Origin: Octopus sinensis
Lineage: Eukaryota
DNA length: 64,000 nucleotides
Assembly: GCF_006345805.1 (NCBI RefSeq)
Contig: NC_043012.1
Span: 44,578,001 to 44,642,000 of the forward strand
Reading direction: 5' to 3'
Under the pieces are notes generated by a model that worked only from the letters and a program-made list of their open reading frames with translations, was not told the origin of the DNA and did not search any database. Below, piece by piece: positions 36,990 through 46,927 of this stretch; positions within the stretch are counted from its first letter, which is position 1, and every line of letters begins with the position of its first letter. The position numbers and the translations under genes were made by a program.

Positions 36990-37120
36990 AAATCCACTCA
37001 CAAGGCTTTGGTTGGCCTGGGACTATAGTAGAAGACACATGCCCAAGGTGCCATGCAGTGAGACTGAACTGAGAACTATGTGATTTGAAAGCAAACTTCT
37101 TACCTCACAGCTACACTTTG
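36990..37120. mobile_element. SINE fragment
   Basis: aaatccactcacaaggctttggttggcctgggactatagtagaagacac..cccaaggtgccatgcagtgagactgaac. Confidence 0.75.
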
Positions 37121-37639
37121 CATGATATTTGATATATCTTTATTTGTCTTTATTGCCTGTATTCAAACCATTGGCCACTCAGTTTTGTTTATACACACAC
37201 ACACGTACCCACATTCATAACTATGATTAACCCTTTCATTACTATATTTCTGATGTAAAACACCCCTATGAGTTTCAATTAAATTCTAAAATAATCATGA
37301 ATTTAGACTAGTTTCACTAAACAACTGTAACTTTTTTACTTATCAACATATTAATGTGATATTTGGAGCATAATTAAAGAAAGGGTTCTTAATCAATTCT
37401 ATTGCATAACTTTTGTCTCAAAGTGATTTTAATTACAGGTAAATCCAGGTAAACTGAGCAAAAGGTAAAAATATTAAAATTTTGTTTAAACATTACCATA
37501 GAATATGAATCATCAGCTAATATTTAATTGAGATATGCAACAAAATTTTGATATAGAAGAATTGTGCACATCACTAGATTATCAGTAGAATTTAATGCAC
37601 AACAGAACAGGTGTACCATAAAGGTGGAATAAACTGAAA

Positions 37640-37871
37640 TACTGGAATCCACTGCAAGTTTGACTGAACTAAAAAAATCGGTCAAAAAATAATACGTGGC
37701 CCTTCTTATGGTATAGAAGTGATAAATTCCAGACCACATCGTACTCTAGGCCATGCTGACTAACATTATTTTCCCTGTATAAAAACTAAATCCACAACAG
37801 TACCCAGTATTTGCTTCATAAATTTTCCATACTTTGATCCCCCATTTCGTGGGCTTTCCTGGCATATACTG
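37640..37871 (-). mobile_element. piggyBac transposase remnant
   Basis: QYMPGKPTKWGIKVWKIYEANTGYCCGFSFYTGK and HGLEYDVVWNL..KGHVLFFDRFFSSVKLA are diagnostic piggyBac catalytic-core motifs; a TTAA|CCCTTT end lies at 37227. Confidence 0.85.
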
Positions 37872-38497
37872 TTTGTTTACATTCTGTGTAACAGTTTGTT
37901 TATGCAGTGATCACTTCCATAGACCTACCTTATTGAATTCTGTCTGACCCATGCAAGTGAACATTAAAGTAATGATAATGATGGACTCTCTCTGTCTCTC
38001 TTTTTTTATTCAATCACTTTGTAGAAGAAAATGGTTGATGGTTATACCAGTTGTATTGAAATTCAGTCAGTTAGGCATGGTAGATTGTAAGGAAAGGGAA
38101 TTTGATGACTTTTAATTAGTCTGTTATCTTTGTGTTAGTGTATTGTTGTGTTTCACCTTCTCAGAGCATGTATGATTGGTTTTTGACAGCTCATGGTTAG
38201 TGCTTTCAGACTCTGTGTGTGTGGGTCAATTCACAAAGTCGTGGCTATTTTTAATCAGGGTTTGATAAATTTTTACAGCAAGGATTGCCATTTCAGATAT
38301 TTGTTTTGCTTCTGGTGCGATCTTATTCTCTTGCTGGCACTTTTGAAAATTTGTAATGGCATGAGGAAGGAAGCCCAGCACCCAAGACTTTCTTGCAGAG
38401 TCTGAGACTGGTGGAGACATTGAGAGGAAGAAAGCATGGCTTGTAGGTTATCTTTAGATCTAAAGATTGGTTTAAATGTGTACTACAAACTCCATGG

Positions 38498-38663
38498 AAC
38501 CATTAGCATTTAGAATTCTTTGATATGAGGTAGTCATACTTTACCTTGTAGCTTTGAGATTTCAATGATGTAATTGTTTATTTTTATAATAATATTGTAG
38601 GGTATGTGTGAGAAAACAGATTATTTTGGCCAGATATGTTCAGTTTAAATGCTAAAGGGTTAA
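38498..38663. mobile_element. piggyBac-type MITE remnant
   Basis: Ends aaatgctaaaggg|TTAA; the left end is a degenerate aaccattagcattt; a related end lies near 29555. Confidence 0.5.
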
Positions 38664-39399
38664 ATCACCCATGTGCCATATTGTAGTATTAAACATGGCC
38701 ATGGATTAAGTTTTCTATTCAGATATATGTGATATTTTTTTAAGCAGCTGAAATATAAATTGTACATTTGTGGTTTGAAAGATATTTGAGAATCTGAGCC
38801 TTAGCTACTTTTCTCTTCAGTGAACTATTTTCATGTTATTAGTGATTAACCGAAAGTATTGTTAAAGGTTTCTCTGTCAAATACTTCTGCATGCTTTGTT
38901 ATTTAACACATGGTAAGTTTGAGTTCATGATCTGATTTAAGAACTTGTGGCATTCAGTTGTTGTTCCTATTACTGATGAGATGGGCTTCTAGTTACTTGT
39001 TGTGTATCCAGAATACCTCTGTGATTATTTTCTGTTTTTATCTTTCTATAATTTGTCTTATAATTCTTTCATTTATGTCTTGATAAGTGCGACTGTCCAT
39101 GGAACATGGCCATTAAATGATGATGATAACTTTTGTTATTACTAATGTTCAATTAGTCATGTTTGTTCTACCTTCAAATTAGTCTTTGCTTCACTTAGAT
39201 CTTTTACTATTTAGGTTTGTAACAAACTTATGTGTGAAGTGAATATCTGTCTTGTACTTTCGGGGTACAAGAAAGCAATCACTCACTAGCCGTTGCTTTA
39301 ATAATCCAGAATTCTACCAGTCAGAAACAACAAGACGCAGACGTAAAATATACATATAACTACTTTATTCTCTTTCTTGGTAACAGTAACAATAAGTGT

Positions 39400-39820
39400 G
39401 TTATCTGATGTCCTTGGTTCGGGGCGCGCAAGGCTGAAAGTTAATCGATTGTAATATTTACAATATTCAGCCGCTAAAACCAGAACGGATTCAAGATGGC
39501 GTCGAACAATGGAGACGATGTTGGTCTGCAACAATTTGGTTAAAGGCCTTTTGGTAAGGACTGCTAGAAGCAAGTTCGAACGGAGAGAAAATATGCGTGA
39601 CCGCCGCCTTCAATCGCTGCCGTCCCAAGTCGCCGCTGCTGCTACTAGCGGTCAAACGTTCTATGACCCCCTTACCTCGCTAACTGCTACGTAGGCAATA
39701 GGGTTCTTCTTCCGGTGCTTCGCGCATGCCTGAGAGGGCCCTTCCTCTCACTTGGTGAAGGCACCAACACGCGCGAAATACAAATGGACGGTGCGCGAGC
39801 GCGCGCCGTTATAGGGTCAC
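39400..39820. promoter_or_regulatory. CpG-island-like element with housekeeping-promoter motifs inside MBD2/3 intron 4
   Basis: Locally CpG-rich in CpG-poor surroundings; YY1-type CAAGATGGCG near 39492-39501; ETS CTTCCGG near 39710; NRF1-like CGCGCATGC near 39721; GCGCGAGCGCGCGC near 39793; strong donors on both strands; no TE motifs recognised. Confidence 0.6.
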
Positions 39821-40183
39821 TACAGGTTGTATAATGTGTTTTTTACTGTTTATGTGACATTGTATAATTTTCATTTAACTTTCCAGTCATCTAGTTTTTC
39901 TAGTCATAAATGTTGTCAATTGCAGAATCAATCTATTTTTACCTTTTATTTCTTTTGGGCATTCATTGACAATATGCTCCAGAAATTTCTTTCTGTTTTG
40001 TTATTTTCTCCATTATTTCCATAATTTCCCAAGTGAGTGTGTATATGCATGCATATTGGGGGTTTCATTTCTCTGTTCCAAAGCTATCTGCAGCTACCTG
40101 TCTGCTTTTAATGATGATGAAACAAACATTCTTTCAAGTTAACAAGAATTGACATATTTGAAATGTTCTAGCTCTCTTTGTAG

Positions 40184-40335
40184 GTGTTGGGCCTGACTTG
40201 ACCACTGAAAATATTCTGCAGAGCATTGCCGCAGCTTTACACGTTAGTAACATCCCTGTAACTGGCCAGAACTCTAGTAAATCAATTCAGAAAAATCCTG
40301 GAGTCAACATGGATGCTAACCAACCTAAAATGCAG
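40184..40335 (+). CDS. MBD2/3: MBD2/3 coding exon 5 (G/VGPDLTTENILQSIAAALHVSNIPVTGQNSSKSIQKNPGVNMDANQPKMQ)
   Basis: Conserved GVGP..LLxSIAxALH..PITGQ..KNP..QP motifs; acceptor ctctttgtag|, donor CAG|GTAACC. Confidence 0.96.
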
Positions 40336-40825
40336 GTAACCAAACCATTTTAATTGTATACATTGTTTATTACTACTTTCATATAGTGCTATAGAGGTAA
40401 GATATATTCAGTTTGCTTACCTTTGAAACTGGCATGAACACTGCCATTTCTCCTTTCCTTATAACACTGAATTCTATCTGTATAATAAATTACTACCTTC
40501 ATATATGATAATACATTACAATATAGTTTGACTTATAGATGTGTATGTATGACTTACCTTTCGAAGATATCTTATTATGAATTACTGTATATGAGACTAG
40601 CTAAGTGTGTTTGTGTGCATGCAGGCATATATATATGTGTCATCATCATCATTGTTTAACATCTGCCTTCCATGCATGCAAGAGTAGGATGGTTGACAGG
40701 AGGTGGCCAGGTAGAAAACTACCTTAGGCTACTGTGTCTGTTTTGGTAGGGTTTGTACAGTTGGATGCCCTTCCTAACACCAACCACAGAGTATATATGT
40801 ATATATATACTGCAGAGTGTATATA

Positions 40826-40864
<39 letters not shown>

Positions 40865-40866
<2 letters not shown>

Positions 40867-42700
40867 CAAAATAAGGAACAAGGATATCCAGAGGTAATGC
40901 AGTACAATCGTTTCATGCAATCATTACATCAATTTAAATGCAGAGCAATCCTCAGCTGCACAAAGACATAGAATTTAATTAAATTAAAACAGATGGACAC
41001 ATTAGTATAATTATACCTAAAATCTCCAAGAAGTTAAGGAGATAGACAAAGAACGTGCTGCCTTCACTCCAGCATAGAAGCTACTAAGGTATCAAGAAGA
41101 TATACATTGTTACAGACTCTGCCTGTTATTGATTTTTTTTTGTTTTATGAGGTCAGATTTAATTTATAGACTAGTTTTTCAAATCCTTGTATATCTAAGG
41201 CCGAAAGAACAAAGGGGCAGTGTCTGTTAGGGGTAGGGCTGAGGGAGCAGACAGACGTCATAATTGGTATAGTTATAAAAATCAAGATTTATTATAAGCA
41301 ATATCATGAGGTTTGGTAAAGGAAAACTTAAAACAAGATGTTAGCTGACAATTAAGTGGGTAGCCCACTAGCAGACCATTGATAATGGAACAGTATAAAT
41401 CTTATCATGTAGTACTATAGTTAAATGCTTTAAACACTGTTGCTAGGGTTATGGATTGTAGTTCCAGTACATATACAGGCATGGAAACTATTTGTATACC
41501 TGATGATGCTGAGGTGATTTTATATGATAATACGATTGAAGTGAAGTTAGAAAATAACAGATGTGAACATAACATACTTGATAGTAGAATTATTAATAGC
41601 GAAAATATTAACAATAAATATGAAAATAATAATTTAAATCTTAGTGGCACGTAAAATACCCCAATGCGACCGTACGACAGGCACCCATGCCAACCCCCTT
41701 TGCTTGTGAAGACATGTTGGGGCAAGCGAAATCGAAATCGAATTGAACCAGCCAGGATCCCTGGTCTGGTGGTACGTAAAAAGCACTATCCGACTCGTGG
41801 CCGTGGCACGTAAAATACCCCAATGCGACCGTACGACAGGCACCCTTGCCAACCCCCTTTGCTTGTGAAGACATGTTGGGGCAAGCGAAATCGAAATCGA
41901 ATGAACCAGCCAGGATCCCTGGTCTGGTGGTACGTAAAAAGCACTATCCGACTCGTGGCCGATGCCAGCACCGCCTCGACTGGCTTCCGTGCCGGTGGCA
42001 CATAAAATACACCAATCTGACCGTGGCCGTTGCCAGCTCCGCCTGGCACCTGTGCAGGTGGCACGTAAAAAGCACCCACTACACTCACGGAGTGGTTGGC
42101 GTTAGGAAGGGCATCCAGCTGTAGAAACATTGCCAAATTAGACTGGAGCCTGGTGCAGCCTTCTGGCTTCCCAGAACCCCGGTCGAACCGTCCAACCCAT
42201 GCTAGCATGGAGAACGGACGTTAAACGACGATGATGATGATGATGATTAATAATAAATCTCCTAGTTGCAATTGTAGAGTTAAATCCTGCTGTCCATTAT
42301 TAGGCCGATGTCTTACCCAGAACGTAGTATATAAATGCACAATAATAACTACAACTAATAATTATATTTACTTTAGTTCAATTAATTTGAAACAGCGTAT
42401 ATACAATCACATATCGTCCTTTAAACTTAAACATAAGGCAAATTGTACGTCATCCAGTAAGATTTGGGGATTGAAAGAAAGTGGAATTGGGTTTAGCCTC
42501 AAATGGGAAATAATAAGAAAAGCTCAGCCTTATAGAAATAGCAGATATGAGTGTGAGCTGTGCTCTATGGAAGCATATGAAATTTTAAACATAAAGATAA
42601 AGGCAACCTGATTAATAATCGATTAGACCTTAGATTATCATGTGTACATAATGTCACCCGTACCTTTAAATATTTTAGAAAGTAGTACTTTATTGATCTT
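40865..42700 (+). mobile_element. Penelope-like (Neptune-type) element, left arm, with GIY-YIG endonuclease ORF (41451 to about 42680) split by a SINE
   Basis: CNCRVKSxCPLLGRCLTQNVVYKCTI..YIYF..NLKQRIYNHISSFK..KIWGLKE..LKWEIIRKA..CELCSMEAYEI and, after a frameshift, LINNRLDLRLSCVH. Confidence 0.85.
41645..42245 (+). mobile_element. RTE-tailed SINE-like insertion with an internal ~158-bp tandem duplication and (GAT)n tail
   Basis: gtggcacgtaaaataccccaatg...gactcgtggcc repeated at 41645 and 41803; ends aacccatgctagcatgga..cgttaaac(gat)n; absent from the homologous right arm. Confidence 0.85.
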
Positions 42701-42779
42701 GTGATTTAAAACCTACAATATATCTCTTAGTTTATAATCAGTGCATAGGTGGCATGCCCTACAGCATTAATTTTCCTTT

Positions 42780-45720
42780 AGTTAACACACTCATTATAGA
42801 TACAAGCTAATTAAGTAAATAAACAATTTTTAGTTTTAAATACTTGAATTATTACACATTTTCTCTAAATCTTCTCTATTGATGTTACTAAGTTGTATGT
42901 ATACTTCATCATGAATTTTAGTGATTAAGCTATTTTATATCCTTTTCTATCAAATTCTAACCTACCCGATCATTTTAATACTTTATAATTGCCTTTAGAT
43001 AAGCCTAAATTTTTGTACCCCTATAAATTCATACTTAGCTTATAAAAAACAATATGGGTATCTTCATGACTTAAAATTAAACTGCCTAAATTATGATTTA
43101 ACTAATTTATAGTAAATTTGCTCTCATCTTAATAATAAAATTTTCCTGATAACCCTAAATTTTAACTTTATACAATATGGATATATTGTTTAAAATAGTT
43201 TTAGTAACTAAGTTTTTTATCTCTTTCTTAAGGTGTTCCGTCCTCCTAATTTTGGTATTTATATTGACTTTATAGAAGCAGCCCTTCTAATTAAGTACCC
43301 CTAAGAAACTGTAATATCATTTATGGATCAACACAAATAACTTTTAAAATCTATATTATCATCATCATCATTGTTCGACCGTGGTCGAGACAATGGAATT
43401 TACCATGCTACACCAGACTTCACGGTCCATCATGGCATTACGGAGGTCCTGTTGTTGGATGCCTGTATCCCTGGAGATTACATCAGGGTAGGAGAGTGTG
43501 CGCCATCTGGCATTGCGAGTAGATAACTTCCAGAGGAGGAGAGTAGAAATTACCTCTTTTTCAGCTCTACAACAATGTCCAGCAAACTGGACTCTCCTAC
43601 CTTTCACAAGAGATGACACAGGTGGTAGTTTCCCATATATTTGTATTTTGGTTAGATGGCGCTTCCATGAGAGATTTTGAGCTCTCATAAGGAGGCGAGT
43701 GTAGGTTCCATCCAACCGCCTCTCAAGCTTCTTTGATAACGTCCAGGTTTCTGAGCCATATAGTAGAATTGGTTCGACTGTGGCTTTGAAGATTTCAAGT
43801 TTGAAGTCTCTACTTAGATTTGATGACCAGATCTTATGCATGTCATACCCTTTCTGACCAGGCCATACCCTTTCTAGTTAGAAAATCTTTTCCAGATGAT
43901 GATATGTATGACCCAAGATATTTGTAATCAGAAACCATATTTAAGGGCACATTGTTGAGAGTATGGATGATGAAATCACTGTTGGACAGGCACTTGTTTA
44001 TATATTCAGTCTTGGCCTCATTGAGGTAAAGACCTACACAATTTGAGGCTTGTTCAAGAGATTGTAAAAGAGACTGGGCATTGGAGAGAGAATCACTGAT
44101 AAGAGCGATGTCGTCAGCAAAGTTAGTGTCTGTCAAGTATTTCCGCTGGGTGTCTGGAACTTCTTGGTTTTATTTCAAAGCCCTTGCCAGAGATGGTATC
44201 AACTGACATCTATATTATACCTCTTAATATTAGAATATAATTAGCATGTCCTTTTAATAACAATTATTCTTTTAACCAATACCAGGTTTCAGTCTTGATT
44301 ATAATAAGCTAAATAAGATAATTAACAATTTTTAGCTCATAATACTTAAATTATTATAGATTTTCTATAAATCTTTGCTATTGAAGTTAATAAGGTATGG
44401 ATATTTTATAATGGTTTTTTAGTAATTAGGCTGTCTTTATTCCTTTTCTATGGTGCTCTACCCTAACTGATCATTTTATTATTGTTATTATTATTATTTT
44501 ATAGTAGCCTTAAATAAATCTAATCTTTGTACCACTGTTAATTCATACTCAGCTTATATAAGGTAATACTGGTATCTCCACAACTCAAAATATTTCAATT
44601 TAATTAAATCAGTATATAGTTGACATGTTCTTCAACCTCAGTTGCTCCCTTATTAAATACCAGTTAAATCCAATTGATCAATCTCCATAGAAACCATATA
44701 ATAAGTTAATATTTAGATAAATAATAAGAAAAAATATTAAATTATTTCTTTGTAATTTTCTTTTCTTCCCTCTATTGTAGTAAAATTTGGTATATACTCA
44801 AAATATTCAAAGAAGTTTAATCCTTTTGTTATAATATCATTCTAAATAATCTTCTTGATTGCCCTAAATTTTAACTTTATACAATAAGACTATATTTTTG
44901 GAAATGATCTTTATAAATTACTTGATTTATCCCTTTGTTAAATGGCTCTACCCTCCTGATCTTAGTATTTATAAGGGCCTTTAACCCTTCTAAACAAGTA
45001 CCACTAAGAAAATATAAATATCATGTAGGGAGCAACAATAACTTCTTAAACCTATAATATAACCCTTAGTTTTTTTAAAAAATCAATATAAAATATGAAT
45101 GTCCCATAACTTGAATATTCCTTTAGCTAATACCAGGTATCAGTCTATTATTGATATTAGCTAAATAAATAAATATATAATTTTTAGTCTAATATATTTT
45201 GAATTATTATACATTTTCTATAAATCTTCTCTATTGGTGTTAATATGTACTATATCACGGTTTTAGTGATTAAGCTATCTTATTTCCTTTTCTATGGTGT
45301 TCTGCCATACTTGATTATTTTATTTCTGTATTATTTTATAATTAGCTTTTATTTATTTATAAAATTAATCTAATTTTTGTACCTCTATAAATTCATACTT
45401 AGCTTATATAAAACTATACTGGTATATTCACTACTTATAAAAAAACTGCTTTTACCTCAATACTCCTTTATTAATACCAGCATTTACCAATTAATCCATA
45501 TTCACAGACACCATCTGATGAGTTAGTATTTAAGTGTACAATATGTATAAATATTAAACTATTTCTGAATAATTTCTTTTCCTCCCTCTATTGTGGTAAA
45601 AGTTTGGTGTAAACTCAAAAGTATTCATTAATTTCTATCCTTTTGATATAATATTATTCTTAATAATCCTCTGAATAACCCTAAACTTTAACTGTATACA
45701 ATATAGCAACATTGTTTAAA
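42780..45720. repeat. Three diverged ~820-850-bp AT-rich tandem units (interrupted by an RTE)
   Basis: The marker ccctaaa.tttaact.tatacaata lies at 43153, 44862 and 45679; spacing is 850 (after removing the 859-bp RTE plus TSD) and 817. Confidence 0.75.
43360..44207 (-). mobile_element. 5'-truncated RTE LINE with 11-bp TSD
   Basis: FADDIALIS..YKYLGS..KLEIFKATVEPILLYGSETW..RRVQFAGH; (GAT)n tail; ATCTATATTAT at 43349-43359 and 44208-44218. Confidence 0.95.
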
Positions 45721-45794
45721 ATATTTAACTATAGTACTACATGATAAGACTTCCCCTGTTCCATTATCAATGGTCTGCTAGTGGGCTGCCCCTT

Positions 45795-46889
45795 TGTACA
45801 ATTTGCCTTATGTTTAAGTTTAAAGGACGATATGTGATTGTATATACGCTGTTTCAAATTAATTGAACAACTGAAGTAAATATAATTATTAGTTGTAGTT
45901 ATTATTGTGCATTTATATACTACGTTCTGGGTAAGACATCGGCCTAATAATGGACAGCCGGATTTAACTCTACAATTGCAATTAGGAGAATTATTATTAA
46001 TATTAGTATTATTAAGATTTAAATTATTATTTTCATATTTATTGTTAATATTTTCGCTATTAATAATTCTACTATCAAGTATGTTATGTTCACGTCTGTT
46101 ATTTTCTAACTCCACTTCAATCGTATTATCATATAAAATCACCTCAGCATCATCAGGTATACAAATAGTTTCCATGCCTGTATATGTACTGGAACTACAA
46201 TCCATAACCCTAGCAACAGTGTTTAAAGCATTTAACTATAGTACTACATGATAAGATTTATACTGTTCCATTATCAATGGTCTGCTAGTGGGCTACCCAC
46301 TTAATTGTCAGCTAACATCTTGTTTTAAGTTTTCCTTTACCAAACCTCATGATATTGCTTATAATAAATCTTGATTTTTATAACTATACCAATTATGACG
46401 TCTGTCTGCTCCCTCAGCCCTACCCCTAACAGACACTGCCCCTTTGTTCTTTCGGCCTTAGATATACAAGGATTTGAAAAACTAGTCTAAATTAAATCTG
46501 ACCCCATAAAAACAAAAAAAAAATCAGTGACAGGCAGAGTCTGTAACAATGTGTATCTTCTTGATACCTTAGTAGCTTCTATGCTGGAGTGAAGGCAGCA
46601 TGTTCTTTGTCTATCTCCTTAACTTCTTGGAGACTTTAGGTATAATTATACTAATGTGTCCATCTGTTTTAATTTAATTAAATTCTATGTCTTTGTGCAG
46701 CTGAGGAATGCTCTGCATTTAAATTATGAAATGATTGCATTGTTCAAATAAGATGAATTGCATGAAACGATCATACTGCATTACCTCTGGATATCCTTGT
46801 TGCTCATTTTGATTTTAATCACCTTATTTTGAAATTGTAAGGATAATACCGTACTAAATTCTGGTGTCTCAACGTAAGTACCATATTCA

Positions 46890-46895
<6 letters not shown>
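45795..46895 (-). mobile_element. Penelope-like element, right arm (inverted copy of 40865-42448 without the SINE)
   Basis: ORF 45729-46205 repeats MDCSSSTYTGMETICIPDD..CNCRVKSGCPLLGRCL..KHKANCT; high nucleotide identity to the left arm. Confidence 0.9.

Positions 46896-46927
<32 letters not shown>

Noticed and set aside
39298-39694. ORFs over the intronic CpG island (39298-39573 minus, 39509-39694 plus)
   Set aside because: No similarity to any family I recognise; GC-rich DNA yields such ORFs by chance.
41645-42070. Recurrent gtggcacgtaaaa motif with intervening sequence, superficially CRISPR-like
   Set aside because: The intervening segments are duplicated rather than unique, spacing is irregular, there are no cas genes and the DNA is eukaryotic; it is the internal duplication of a SINE.
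46820-46895. Possible hammerhead at the outer end of the Penelope right arm (minus strand cAGATGA..GAgAC)
   Set aside because: Two core positions are mutated, and helices II and III cannot be drawn convincingly; it would need a family consensus.
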